Positions 49,561 through 63,537 are shown, counted from the whole stretch's first letter. The stretch is DNA of 63,537 bases, filler included, from Octopus bimaculoides (GCF_001194135.2; 6 parts of 5 records of this genome joined end to end with filler, not necessarily neighbours in it); one strand, 5' to 3'. Notes: generated from the sequence alone by a model not told the origin. A program made the numbers and translations.

Positions 49561-49768
49561 GGCGGCGAGTTGACAAGATCGTTAGCACGCTGGACGAAAT
49601 GCTTAGAGGTATTTCTCGCCCGTCGCTATGTTCTGAGTTCGAATTCCACCGAGGTCGACTTTACCTTTCGTCCTTTCGGGGTCGATAAAATAAGTGCCAG
49701 TTGAACACTGGGGTCGATGTAATTGATTTACTTCTCCCTCAAATTTCAGGCCTTGTCCCTATAGTAGT
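49561..49768 (+). mobile_element. SINE family C
   Basis: GGCGGCGAG…GAGTTCGAATTCCACCGAGGTCGACTTT…GTCGATAAAATAAG. Confidence 0.9.
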
Positions 49769-50794
49769 GTAACGGTTAAAAAAATACAGTTTCATTAATA
49801 TACAGAAATAAATTCAACAAGTTGAAAGAAACGATAAGTAAAAGGAATTAAGTTTCTATATTAATTTATTATATACATTTTTTTACATTTATAGATATTT
49901 AGAAACCAAATCATTTCGTCGTTGAGAATTACGACTTAAATTTTATATTAACTAATTTCTCATTCTAACTATAAGGTTTTACGACAATTCAATATTGTCG
50001 GATTTGAGTATTGAACATGACATATATAATAGCCGATACTCAAAAGGGTGAGTGTCGTGGACTTTAGTGGCAACTAACGACCACTGGAGATTTTGCCGAA
50101 AATCAGGGTTTTTATAACTACTCATACACGAATCATAGAACTGTAACCACGTGAAAGATTTCTTCAACGAAGTTCATAATTCGTATATGGAAAGTAATTT
50201 TTAACCAATGAGAAATCAATAATTTCTCATGTTCGGGCAAACGAACTTACGTTCTCTCTCCGCCTCTTATGAGTTTGCTACAGTAGAAAGGATTATCATT
50301 ATAAACAAAAGATTCTGTCTGTCCGTCCGTCCGCAAGCTTCTTGCCACACCTGCACCCCCACAATTACATATTCTCAAACATCTATATCCATCCATCCGT
50401 CCATCNNNNNNNNNNNNNNNNNNNNNNNNNNNNNNNNNNNNNNNNNNNNTTAATTAATTAANNNNNNNNNNNNNNNNNNNNNNNNNNNNNNNNNNNNNNN
50501 NNNNNTATATATATATATATATGTACGTATGTATGTGCATGTGTATACTGATGCGTTTTAGCGTATGTATGTATATGTGTGCATGCAGACATACACGCAG
50601 ACATACACGGATGCGCATACACAAAAGCATGAAGCACATACACGCACGTGTACGCAAGCAGAGTTACCACACATGAAAGCTCATCTGACGATGCTATCTT
50701 GATTTTTCTCATTTTCGAGGAATTAATCAACTTCTTCCCCCCAACCTTCTTCTACGAAACTTCTCTGATAAACGGAACTGAGGCTCTAAGACAA

Positions 50795-51150
50795 AACAAC
50801 AGCAACAACAACAACAACAACAACAACAACACCACTATCATCATTCTCATCATCTTCATCATCCTAGCCTCTACCATGATTAAAACAACTACCACCTTCA
50901 CCATCACCATCACCATCACCATCACCATCACCACAACCACTTTTATTATCATCATCGTCTCCGCCATCATTATGACAACAGTGATGGCGATGATGAAAAG
51001 GTGCCGACGACGATCGCTTACAAAGCCGATGACGACGACGTTGCTGAAGAAGATGGCGTCGGCGATGAAAACATTGCTGATGACGAAGAGGACGGTGGCG
51101 ACGACCACGACGGCAATGTTGCTGCTGCTGCTGCTGCTGCTGACAGTAAT
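50795..51150. repeat. Mosaic of trinucleotide repeats (AAC, ATC, ACC, GAY, GCT)
   Basis: Direct reading. Confidence 0.9.
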
Positions 51151-51693
51151 GATGAAAAGAACCTATTTTATTTGTTTATTTATTCATTTATTTGNNNNNN
51201 NNNNNNNNNNNNNNNNNNNNNNNNNNNNNNNNNNNNNNNNNNNNNNNNNNNNNNNNNNNNNNNNNNNNNNNNNNNNNNNNNNNNNNNNNNNNNNNNNNNN
51301 NNNNNNNNNNNNNNNNNNNNNNNNNNNNNNNNNNNNNNNNNNNNNNNNNNNNNNNNNNNNNNNNNNNNNNNNNNNNNNNNNNNNNNNNNNNNNNNNNNNN
51401 NNNNNNNNNNNNNNNNNNNNNNNNNNNNNNNNNNNNNNNNNNNNNNNNNNNNNNNNNNNNNNNNNNNNNNNNNNNNNNNNNNNNNNNNNNNNNNNNNNNN
51501 NNNNNNNNNNNNNNNNNNNNNNNNNNNNNNNNNNNNNNNNNNNNNNNNNNNNNNNNNNNNNNNNNNNNNNNNNNNNNNNNNNNNNNNNNNNNNNNNNNNN
51601 NNNNNNNNNNNNNNNNNNNNNNNNNNNNNNNNNNNNNNNNNNNNNNNNNNNNNNNNNNNNNNNNNNNNNNNNNNNNNNNNNNNNNNNNNNNNN

Positions 51694-52335
51694 CTTCCAA
51701 CTGTTCTTTCAGTTCACGACACGCATTCATTCATGACTGGATTAGATCTTCCGTGAGCAAGTGAGGCACATATTTTGTCGCAACTCTTTTCATTCGCAAT
51801 TTTTCACTCAAAATTCGTTGGCAGGAGCTCCAGGACCCCCCACCCCCACCCACGCATATCAACAATTTAGTCAATTGTTCGGTGAGGTCCTCCGAGATCA
51901 GTTCATGAAAATTCATGATGTTTTCATTAGTTTGGGAGATCGACGGTCGCCCTGAACGAGGTTGGTCTTCAAGCGAAAAGTGACCATTCCTAAAGCGTGG
52001 AAACCACTCGTAAACTTGTGTTTTGTTCATGGCAGCGTCCTTGTAAACAGTTTGAAGGCTGACAGCTGTATCGGCCACCGTTTTCTCCAGCAGAAAACAG
52101 AATTTCACAGAAGCACGCTGTTCCATCGTTTCAGCCATCACAAAAATCGATGAACAGAGAAGAAGCACCGTAAAATAAAGACGAACCACGTGGCTGCACG
52201 ATTAAACTCGACGACACCGGTAGGAAAATTGATGCCTGAGAGTCGCATCCAGTGGCTTCTAGCGGCAGAAGCCTGAACTACAACGGGTTTGTCCCACTGA
52301 GAACGTTTCCGGTTACTTTTGGGTTCTTCCTCGTA
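51694..52335 (-). mobile_element. Mariner 5' half with TIR and transposase N-terminus
   Basis: MEQRASVKFC…VYEWFPRFRNG…LEDQPRSGRPS…KYVPHLL; terminus TACGAGG…CCAAAAGTAACCGGAA near 52305-52335. Confidence 0.9.
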
Positions 52336-52849
52336 TATAGCAAGGCACAATGACAATACACCCCTTGAATGTAAATGTACAAAATCCACCCTCTACGTGG
52401 TCATGTAACCTGCAAGAAACTGTAGCTAAATTTCTCATACGATATCATATTTAAAATATAGGTTGGCACAATGGTTAGTGTTTGAAAAGACAGGACAATC
52501 AATGTTAGAACGCTCTTGATCATTTTTCGGCCGGATTATATTCCATTTGGGATTAAACAAGAACAAGCAAATCAACAACAATAATAAAAAGACCTTTCAT
52601 AATCACAGGTTGACCCATTTAGCTGCAGGAAACTTGTGTGAAGGAATGCAGTTCGCCATCCATCTCTGCCCATTATTCCTGGGGTGGTTGCAGGGTGGAG
52701 GCCTGACTCACCTCCTCCATAGAGTTCTATAATTCGCATCCGTAATTACACTTTTCAGTTACAATTCTAGAGGGCTGAATTTCCGTCTAAGAAGGTTTGG
52801 GCTTGTACGTAACACGGGACCTAGTGGGGGACACAATATGTATAACGGT

Positions 52850-53058
52850 TCCAAATTTTGTCACAGGACCAGAAATGTTTAAGGGGAGGGGGAAGTAAGT
52901 TACACTGACTCCAGTACTTGACGTACTTATTTTATCGATCCTGAGGGATGGATAGCAAAGTCGACTTCGGTGGAATTTGAACTCACAACGTAAAGACGTA
53001 CGAAATGCCGCTTAGAGTTTTGCCCAGCGTGCTAACGATTCTCCTGGTTCGCCGCCTT
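52850..53058 (-). mobile_element. SINE family C
   Basis: AAAGTCGACTTCGGTGGAATTTGAACTC…CGTGCTAACGATTC…TCGCCGCC. Confidence 0.85.
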
Positions 53059-53253
53059 CAGTACGCCACATATTGAAAACTATTAGTATAGGACGAATAA
53101 CTACTAATTTGTAAGTACAAGTTCGCTCGTGGCAGCTGGTTATGTTTCTGCGTGGATCAGAATCTTTCTACATCGTCAATTAGTAATAAAATTAATAATT
53201 AACAATTTTGCCAAGTAGTTCAGTATGAAAAAACCTTTATCGGTAAAACCATT

Positions 53254-53412
53254 TATAATCATAAATATACAGTGATTAGCATGAGTTGCTTCTCCAACAT
53301 ATCGGCATACGTTAGAGAAAAAATTTGTAGTAAATCAGTAGTTCTTTGACTGCTATTTCTAAATTCTCAGTATGTTGGAGAAGCAACTCATGCTAATCCC
53401 TGTATACTTATG

Positions 53413-53418
<6 letters not shown>
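53254..53418. mobile_element. Fold-back element / hairpin MITE
   Basis: 48-bp inverted arms 53254-53301 and 53371-53418 with two mismatches. Confidence 0.8.
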
Positions 53419-53448
<30 letters not shown>

Positions 53449-54026
53449 CACTCATAGTTAGCTCCATGTAGCAACATACAGGCACACATGGACACACACA
53501 CACATGTATGATTTTAAATCAGTGGAACTATCTGGAGGAATTTGAAATACCTTACATGCTGGCCTCCTAACCTAGTGCATTCATCTCTCATCCTTTTTCA
53601 CACAAAGAAGAAAGCAAAGTAGTTGAACTTTTCATTTTCCCATGGGACCCGTTGGACATTATTAAACATTGATATATACGTTAATAATCATTCCCTCTAA
53701 TAGTACTTAAATCCTGGTAATTGATACCACTGATAATAATTCTTAATTACTGATACTTAATATTTACTGTTAATGCTGATAGCTTAATAATTACTGAATA
53801 TGATTGTATACTAATTCCTCAAACATTTTCGTTAAGCCATGGAATGCTACTTGGAATGGTATTTATACATGTTAGTAAGTATATTAATGTTACATAGAAG
53901 ACTTAGTTAATTTATTAACAGTTTTGTTTCCGCCAGTACTTCATTATCTGTCTTACTCTCTTCTACCCTCTCTCTGTCTCTATTTCACCCTTTCTCTCTC
54001 ACATGTGTGTGTGTTTGTTTGTTTGT

Positions 54027-54058
<32 letters not shown>

Positions 54059-54308
54059 ATTTTTGTATGTATGCAAGTCGCTGAATACACACTCACAGAA
54101 ACACATAGGCAGACGGACTACTAAAAGCATGTACACACACAGATGTTATTTGAGAGTGTGTGTGTTATTTTTCATTGTAGAGGTTACAAAGTGACACAAA
54201 GGTTGCATACACAGCATTAAAAAATAAAAAATATAAATGAGTGGGAATTGAACCTGTGATTGTTAAATATTAAGTCAGTTTGACACTCCCCATAGACAAC
54301 AATATGTA

Positions 54309-54348
<40 letters not shown>

Positions 54349-54609
54349 ATCATCGGTATAATATTATTGTTAGCGCTTCTTTTACCGATAGTCATTAGCT
54401 AAAATATATATTCTTTTCTCCACAAGATCCCTTTTCCTTTAACCAGTGGATTTATACATAAAGGCATAATCCGGCTACCCCTCCTTCACATGACGAATGC
54501 TGGATATTCTGCACAGTTTCCATTCTGTTAAGTAACGGTCGCGATGTTGTCAACCGAGCCTATGCGAAAAGCTCTATAAAAATGACGCGTTATTCACATA
54601 TTAGGAAAA

Positions 54610-55480
54610 GTGAGACATAATTATATAAAGATTTCAAACGGTAATCTTCTTATAACAACACAATCTAATACAATCACAAGGCCAGTAGGGGATGGAAAAC
54701 TGTCAATTGTCAGCACCAGCATTTTACAAGTACTTTCAACAATCGAACCTGAAAGGATTAAAGCAAAGTTGACCAAAGTTTTGAGACTGGAATTCAAAAC
54801 GTGTAGAAAGAATAAGTATAAAGGAAGAAATATCGTAAGGCATATTCTCCGACGTATTAACATTTTTGCCAACCCACTGCTTAAATATGTCTCTATAATA
54901 TTCCATTGGAGGCGCAATGGCCCAGTGGTTAGGGCAGCGGACTCGCGGTCATAGGATCGCAGTTTCGATTCCCAGACCAGGCGTTGCGAGTGTTTATTGA
55001 CCGAAAACACCTAAAGCTCCACGAGGCTCCGGCAGGGGATGGTGGCGAACCCTGCTGTACTCTTTCACCACAACTTTCTCTCACTCTTACTTCCTGTTTC
55101 TGTTGTGCCTGTAATTCAAAGGGCCAGCCTTGTCACACTGTGTCACGCTGAATATCCCCCCGAGAACTACGTTAAGGGTACACGTGTCTGTGGAGTGCTC
55201 AGCCACTTGCACGTTAATTTCACGAGCAGGCTGTTCCGTTGATCGGATCAATTGGAACCCTCGACATCGTAAGCGACGGAGTGCCAGCAACAATAATATT
55301 CCAAATTCGTTACTCACAGCTATCTTTCAGTAATGTTATTGGGACTGTGAGCACTCTTCTTCATGCTCAACCTCATGTTTATGATTAAGGGGTACTTGAA
55401 AACCCTGACGAAGGTTTGAGTGTCGAAGATGATAATCATCCACATTGCCAAGTTTCATATCCAGCTTGAAAAAACGGCTG
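54610..55480 (+). mobile_element. Old R4-like LINE fragment split by a SINE
   Basis: IKAKL…GRNIV…INIFANPLLKYVSIIFHW before the SINE; GLSVED after it. Confidence 0.5.
54911..55295 (+). mobile_element. SINE family B, full length
   Basis: tRNA-like head with A-box TGGCCCAGTGG and B-box-like GTTTCGATTCC; tail ends in a CAA/TAA repeat. Confidence 0.9.
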
Positions 55481-55879
55481 CACCCGGTACACAGATAGGT
55501 AGAGATTTACCCCATTTGCTCGTATTTACATATTAGCGTCAATGCGGTTACAATGGCGTCGTACAAAAACAAATAAATAAATAAATAAATAAACCCAAGA
55601 CAGCCATCAAAGCAAACACCTGAGTCGCTTTCATATCTTATGTTCCTAATGCCATCTCGCTCACTTCTAATGAGGGTCTCTCTCTCTCTCTCTCTCTCTC
55701 TCCCTCTCCCACTCTCTCTCTTTGTATCTGTCTGTCTATGAATATACTAATAGATGTATGTATATGTGCGCATGCATAATATACATACATGCATATGAAT
55801 AATATACAGTGTCCACCAGACTTACTCTCTGTTCCCTGAGTTTGTACATACATACATACATACATATATATATATATGC

Positions 55880-55918
<39 letters not shown>

Positions 55919-56467
55919 AACACACTTATACACACACATATATACATACACATATATGTATGTATATGTGTGTGTCTGTGTGTGTGCGTGCGTGTATGCG
56001 TGTGTCTGAATTTACATGCGTGTGCGAATGCAAGCAAACATACAAGCAACATGTGAAAAAATTGAAAGAATACATCCATACATATATGTATACATATATA
56101 TTTAGGTACGGACTTATATTCATCGACATATTCCTAAAATCCCAACATTGTATCAATTGAAAAACCTACGAAGCAGGTGCCAGCGATATGAAAGGAATTA
56201 GCCGGTCACGGGACAAACACAAAAATACGCATGTAGACACAGACACAGTTACACACACATACCCAAATTAAATAATTATCAATATTTTATATAAACTCCT
56301 GTCTGAGCAGATTTAAATTGTGTAGCATGCTGGCGTCACAGAAGATTGGCATCACAATACCCAAACAGTCTAAATGCACTCAGAGTTTTGCAACAAACAA
56401 ACCACCGAGCGACTAAGCACCATAGCCAACCAGGCAGGCTTTGAGTACATGGACAGGAGCAATGGTT

Positions 56468-56501
<34 letters not shown>

Positions 56502-57007
56502 ACANNNNNNNNNNNNNNNNNNNNNNNNNNNNNNNNNNNNNNNNNNNNNNNNNNNNNNNNNNNNNNNNNNNNNNNNNNNNNNNNNNNNNNNNNNNNNNNN
56601 NNNNNNNNNNNNNNNNNNNNNNNNNNNNNNNNNNNNNNNNNNNNNNNNNNNNNNNNNNNNNNNNNNNNNNNNNNNNNNNNNNNNNNNNNNNNNNNNNNNN
56701 NNNNNNNNNNNNNNNNNNNNNNNNNNNNNNNNNNNNNNNNNNNNNNNNNNNNNNNNNNNNNNNNNNNNNNNNNNNNNNNNNNNNNNNNNNNNNNNNNNNN
56801 NNNNNNNNNNNNNNNNNNNNNNNNNNNNNNNNNNNNNNNNNNNNNNNNNNNNNNNNNNNNNNNNNNNNNNNNNNNNNNNNNNNNNNNNNNNNNNNNNNNN
56901 NNNNNNNNNNNNNNTTTTAAAACACGAAAATAAAACAAGGCGGTCATTAATTATGCACCAACCCAATAAAAACTTCACTAGCAATAATCCTGAAAAGAGT
57001 GCTTCTT

Positions 57008-57098
<91 letters not shown>

Positions 57099-57115
57099 GC
57101 TGCTGTTGCTGCTTG
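57008..57115. repeat. Compound microsatellite (CTA)n changing to (CTG)n
   Basis: Direct reading. Confidence 0.95.
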
Positions 57116-58583
57116 AATCTAAATATAGAAATAGACGAGATCGTAACGATCTGAAACTCTATTGATCATTGGTCTGTTCAAATAGGCCCGATCTAAGTCT
57201 AAGCAACAATAACAAATTTATCCCATAGCTGCTGATTTTTCTTTTTGATGACCTATACATATTGGTATGGACAACAAGCAAATGTCTTCTTGATAGAAAT
57301 ACAGAAAGGCAAAAACCAAATACAAAAAGATGAAGATCTAGTTAGATGTTAGCAACACTCTACGGCAGAAGTTCGCAAAGTTTTATAGCGCAGTGTCTCC
57401 TTTCACGAAACGGCATTCTACAGTGGTCCACGTCATCATCACATTTCAATGAAACCTAATTTTAACCCTTTAATAGAGATTTGTAATCCATAGTTTTTTA
57501 TATTATCCCATTTAGCATATGCTCCTTGTTAGATATTTACTTGGACTATGCATTGTATGTTAAATGTATACGGAAATTACTACAGAAGGCAAGGATTTAT
57601 AAAATGATTATACGATTTTGGATTAAGTAAAATATGAATGAGGCACTGTGTCGTCATTGAGCTGAAATATGGCTGATGATGCACCAAAGTTCAATGAAAT
57701 TTCATTTTATTAGTCCTTGACTTTTTTAATCTGAAAATGTATTTTCAAATTTAGTATTTGAAAATGTGTTTAAACTAAAAGTATTCTACCAGGTTTAAAT
57801 ATTCTATGTCTCGGATAAAACATGTCCACCCTAAACACCCACAATGACTTTTTGTTTTTTTTTCGTCTCTTTCTGAACATACAACATTATCAGGAGGCGT
57901 TGCCGCACACGTTAAGAATACCTACTATCATACAGATGCTAACTCACAAGAGGAGCCAACTTCAAAGCCTGTATATGGTTATGAGAGTTCCTAGCGACTG
58001 CAACCTTATATAAATAAGGAAGGTCATACACCAGAAAATGTTGTTCTGCGCACTTATAAAAGACACATTGAACAGTTACGGATAGAATGCCTTTGATCTC
58101 GATCGGATCTCACCTGGGGTTAACTATAGCGCCAATGTATATAAAGACGAAACCAAACTCAGAAAGATTATAATCCAGAGCTACCTACATTCCAACCCAA
58201 GACATGCAGTTTTCTCTGCTCCTCTCTTCTATCGCTATTGTAACGGACATCTTTTTTTAAATACGCTAGCTGGGTATCGGCGAACTGGTGGAACCTTCAA
58301 AGTGTTTAAGAGAATGTTTCCTGTAGGGTTGTACTTCGAGTTCAAATTTCTCAGAGGTCATATTTGCTTTTCATTGTCACCAGTTTGATGAAAATGAAAA
58401 ACAAAAGTACCAATCCAGTGGATTAGCATCGTTGTTAGGTACTTGTTTTGGCTCCTTGTGTTCTGACAACAAGGCCTGTGATGGTACTGGTGCCAAGCTG
58501 TATCTGCCCGAGTAGGCGGGCTTTCCCAAACGTGGAGAGGGAAACATTTGCATGAATTCGCAACTGTTAGCCTTCTTAAGCAA

Positions 58584-58654
<71 letters not shown>

Positions 58655-58962
58655 GTTATAGTAATAATGAATCAAAGCAAATTTTGTCCAAGTCTAATCA
58701 TACATTTGTAGAAGGAATGAGTCGAATGGACACAAATGTTTGCACGCCAGTGATTTTCTGGACTTATAACCTGTATTATAACAGCACTTTTTGAGACAAG
58801 GGGCAGACACACACATACGCGAGCGTGCGCAGAAATATACGCACGAAAAGAGAGAGAGAAAGAGTGAGAGAGATATACTATTGTTTATAATTCGAACAAT
58901 GTTCGCAAACAATTTCCCTCCCTTCATAAAGAGAAAGAAAAGAATATGCTCATACACATAAA

Positions 58963-59017
<55 letters not shown>

Positions 59018-59278
59018 GGAGAGAGAGGGGGGAAACTAGAGAGGAAGGGAGAGAAAGTGGGAAGAACATGAAAACGAGAGAAACAAAACGTCTGATGACA
59101 AATAGTCAGCGTCGAATTAGCAATACCAATTAGGCGGCGGTGGCAAACGGCTGTGCCAAAACGTCTCAAAGCCATGCACAGATGGATATGGTCAACATTG
59201 ACGACATATGTTCTCTGTAAGTTCAAAACTTTTCCCATTTTCATTTAAGAATTACTGTTTCTATATACAAACATCATG

Positions 59279-59319
<41 letters not shown>

Positions 59320-59623
59320 NNNNNNNNNNNNNNNNNNNNNNNNNNNNNNNNNNNNNNNNNNNNNNNNNNNNNNNNNNNNNNNNNNNNNNNNNNNNNNNNN
59401 NNNNNNNNNNNNNNNNNNNNNNNNNNNNNNNNNNNNNNNNNNNNNNNNNNNNNNNNNNNNNNNNNNNNNNNNNNNNNNNNNNNNNNNNNNNNNNNNNNNN
59501 NNNNNNNNNNNNNNNNNNNNNNNNNNNNNNNNNNNNNNNNNNNNNNNNNNNNNNNNNNNNNNNNNNNNNNNNNNNNNNNNNNNNNNNNNNNNNNNNNNNN
59601 NNNNNNNNNNNNNNNNNNNNNNN

Positions 59624-59664
<41 letters not shown>

Positions 59665-60246
59665 CATGTATATGTATATTTGAAATTAGCGAAATTGTTT
59701 AAACACCATATTTAACTATATTTAATTTAAATGTCTCCGAAAATTTCTTCCCCAATTTTTTTAATCTACCATAATCATTAATCATTTACGCTATCTCAAT
59801 TTGTGTGTGACTATACATACATGCACATATACACCTTCTTATACAAACACATACTTACAAATTCATATCTATGTACATTTATATAAATATATACAAGCAT
59901 ACGTATGTATATACATACACTCATGCACATACGCGTATACATATACAAATACATACACGCATACACAAACACACACATATGTATATATATATTGCCTCAC
60001 TTATATACACTTATATACACATACATAAAAACATACATAGAGTGAAATTAAAGGAATTCGTGAAAAACTTTCTCTCTTAAAATGTAAAATTTATTAAATT
60101 TAAATGTCTTCCAATAATTATTTATCTTCTATCTTTACCACCCATTATTAGCTGACTGCATCTTTGTATGAGTGCATACACACAAACGCAAGCGTGCACA
60201 CACACACACGCACACTCACACACACACACACACACATACACACACA

Positions 60247-60285
<39 letters not shown>

Positions 60286-60974
60286 NNNNNNNNNNNNNNN
60301 NNNNNNNNNNNNNNNNNNNNNNNNNNNNNTTAATTAATTAANNNNNNNNNNNNNNNNNNNNNNNNNNNNNNNNNNNNNNNNNNNNAATAAGACAAAACGT
60401 AAAAAAGAAAAAGGAAAAAAAAAAAAGAAGAGAAGTAAAAATACTAAAAGAATATGTAATTTTCTCCTCTTTGTAAGGTCAGAATGAAAGGTGAAAAAAA
60501 GCTTTAGAGGAATAAACATTTTAGAAATGATTTTTAACGTTGGCCCAGGGGCCACAACAGTTATAATTGCTTTATATGTATTACTAGTTGCCGTCGTCAT
60601 CCTTCTCTTACTTCTCCTTTTCTTCTTCCTCCTCCACATCATCATCACGAGCAGCAGCAGTACGACTATCACCATCACCACCACCAACAACAACAACAAC
60701 ACCAACAACTTTCTTATCCAGGCGCAAAAGGTGTGAAAATTTCGAGGTATCGATCTCAAGCAGTTGATTTGTTTTGATTTGTTTTTGTGGTGTTTTTTCT
60801 TTGTGATTTTTTTTTTTTTTTTTTGTGTGTGTGTGTTATGTTACCGAATTCGGTTTGGATTGATGGAATGCAATGCAAAGTTAAAACTCGGCAGGATTTG
60901 AAATTCGAAACACCGTAAAGTATTTTGTCCGACGCTCTGACGACGATGTTGTCAATTCGCTGCCCTCACAACCC

Positions 60975-61020
<46 letters not shown>

Positions 61021-61269
61021 GTAACAATAGCATACCGAATCAAGTTCAGCTACGCTTTAAACAACCTTCACTATGGTACGAAATCAAAGGCATGTTCGAT
61101 CGATGGCCAAATGGTTAAGAAGTTCTCTTCGCAACCCATAACGTTCAGAGTTCAATCCTACAGAGTGACGTCTTAGAAAAATATCATTTTCTTCAACCTC
61201 TGATTGACTCATACTTTGTGAGTGAAATTAAGTTGACGGAAACTGTACTGAACCTTTTCGGTTGGATCT

Positions 61270-61510
61270 GTAATTCCAAAAAAGATACAACTCGATTTCC
61301 TTGGCGCGCAAGTGACCGAGATGACGACATTACGCCTGGACGGGACGCCAGTCCGTCGTAAAGTAACTCATACAACTGAGTGGCCTGGAGCCACGTGAAA
61401 TGAAGTGATTTTTCTCACGATCACAGCATAGCGCTTTGTCCAGGAATCGAAACGACAACCTTGCGATCAGGAGCGCAACATCTTAACCACTAGGCCACAA
61501 GCCTTCACAT
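61270..61510 (-). mobile_element. CORE-like SINE (family D)
   Basis: Reverse GTGAAGGCTTGTGGCCTAGTGGTTAAG…GTTTCGATTCC…CACTTCATTTCACG…ACGGACTGGCGTCCCGTCCAGG. Confidence 0.75.
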
Positions 61511-61620
61511 AAACGTAGGANNNNNNNNNNNNNNNNNNNNNNNNNNNNNNNNNNNNNNNNNNNNTTAATTAATTAANNNNNNNNNNNNNNNNNNNNNNNN
61601 NNNNNNNNNNNNNNNNNNNN

Positions 61621-61656
<36 letters not shown>

Positions 61657-61930
61657 TGCATATATAGATATGTATGTATGTATGCGTGTATTTATGTACG
61701 TACATATACACTCATATATAGGCACATACACAAACAAAGAAACAAACAAACTTTTTCTACATACATACATACATACATACATACATACATACATGCATGC
61801 ATACATACATACATACATACATACATACATGCATACATACATACATACATACATACATACATACAGGCAAGAAAAGTGGGCGGACCTGTTATATCGTGAC
61901 TAACACACTCCGCCTCTCCCTGACTACAAA

Positions 61931-61998
<68 letters not shown>

Positions 61999-63537
61999 TC
62001 CCACACCTACATCCACTCTCATTCAACACCACACACCTATTCCACACACACGTACACATACACACACATACACACACACATATATATACACACATATATA
62101 CACACATAAAATGGGTGTTTAATTCTTTCTCTAAAGAAATATCTTTCTCCATTGTCCCTCCTATAAAAATTTCAAACACACCCCCTTTCTTTTATTTCTG
62201 TTGTTAAGGTTGTTGTCGTTGTTATGCACTTTGTTAATGTTGTTGTTGTTTTTGTTAGTGGTGGTAGTGGTGGTAGTGGTGGTGGTGTTATGGCAATAAT
62301 GTTGTCGTTACTGTTCTTGTAGCTGTTACTATTATTCTTTTTTTTTTGCTGATTCACGTTTTTATTTCATTTTATTGTATTTTTATTTACTTTTATTTTA
62401 AATTTTGTGTTTTTTTGTTGTTGTTGGGGGGGGGTGTCTTTTTTGTTTTTTTGAAACGAAATTCTTTGAATTCTTCTGAAAACTCATTTCTTTGATGTAC
62501 ACACACACACNNNNNNNNNNNNNNNNNNNNNNNNNNNNNNNNNNNNNNNNNNNNNNNNNNNNNNNNNNNNNNNNNNNNNNNNNNNNNNNNNNNNNNNNNN
62601 NNNNNNNNNNNNNNNNNNNNNNNNNNNNNNNNNNNNNNNNNNNNNNNNNNNNNNNNNNNNNNNNNNNNNNNNNNNNNNNNNNNNNNNNNNNNNNNNNNNN
62701 NNNNNNNNNNNNNNNNNNNNNNNNNNNNNNNNNNNNNNNNNNNNNNNNNNNNNNNNNNNNNNNNNNNNNNNNNNNNNNNNNNNNNNNNNNNNNNNNNNNN
62801 NNNNNNNNNNNNNNNNNNNNNNNNNNNNNNNNNNNNNNNNNNNNNNNNNNNNNNNNNNNNNNNNNNNNNNNNNNNNNNNNNNNNNNNNNNNNNNNNNNNN
62901 NNNNNNNNNNNNNNNNNNNNNNNNNNNNNNNNNNNNNNNNNNNNNNNNNNNNNNNNNNNNNNNNNNNNNNNNNNNNNNNNNNNNNNNNNNNNNNNNNNNN
63001 NNNNNNNNNNNNNNNNNNNNNNNNNNNNNNNNNNNNNNNNNNNNNNNNNNNNNNNNNNNNNNNNNNNNNNNNNNNNNNNNNNNNNNNNNNNNNNNNNNNN
63101 NNNNNNNNNNNNNNNNNNNNNNNNNNNNNNNNNNNNNNNNNNNNNNNNNNNNNNNNNNNNNNNNNNNNNNNNNNNNNNNNNNNNNNNNNNNNNNNNNNNN
63201 NNNNNNNNNNNNNNNNNNNNNNNNNNNNNNNATATATATATATATATATCAGTGTATGTGTGTATCCATGTATGTAAATATGTATGTATAGATATGTGCA
63301 TGTATTTATTTGTGGGCGTGTATGTATATATATATATATATATATATACTTGTACATACAAATATATACATACACATGCATAAATGCATATACCATATAC
63401 GTGTGTGTATATGTGTGTGTGTGGCTCTGTGTGTGTATGTGCGTGTATATATATGTATATACATATATACATGTGTGTGTAGATTCTTGTCTATGTGTAT
63501 CAAATATGTACAAGTATGAATGTATATATATATATAT

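Noticed and set aside
54911-54985. Possible tRNA gene
   Set aside because: No complete cloverleaf, and it continues into SINE body sequence shared with 40400.
55404-55430. CTGACGA…GTCGAAG hammerhead-like string
   Set aside because: GAAA is absent and it lies in R4-like coding remnant (GLSVED).
57890-57995. GGVAAHVKN resembling an APE endonuclease motif
   Set aside because: Single motif with no neighbouring APE motifs.
58384-58438. 55-bp exon candidate FDENEKQKYQSSGLASLL
   Set aside because: The acceptor and body overlap a degenerate SINE-C copy.

Overview
AT-rich, microsatellite-dense eukaryotic DNA from a gapped draft assembly. The SINE families and repeat style suggest an octopus (inference from remembered repeat consensi, not from a search). 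No intact host gene was recognised. Almost all recognisable sequence is decayed mobile DNA: R4/Dong-like RLE LINEs (at least two families), Tx1/L1-like LINEs, RTE fragments, two different Penelope-like elements (PLEs), three mariner relics, a Helitron-derived piece, MITEs and at least four SINE families. The most interesting structures are: (1) a 4.6-kb PLE composite (15576-20165) joining a Neptune-type and a probably Hydra-type element, with a chimeric inverted segment and two inverted hammerhead-ribozyme-like motifs; (2) stacks of 5'-truncated LINEs inside (TAA)n arrays (1-955, 22372-26405), with arrays apparently seeded by the tails of other retroelements; (3) a second RLE family that seems to insert into (CATA)n; (4) a Tx1-type ORF1 with 114-bp in-frame repeats and the same +1 frame break in two copies. 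Five N44-TTAATTAATTAA-N44 blocks are synthetic assembly spacers. I found no convincing new protein-coding system; the candidates for novelty are in retroelement biology. Element boundaries are approximate unless stated.
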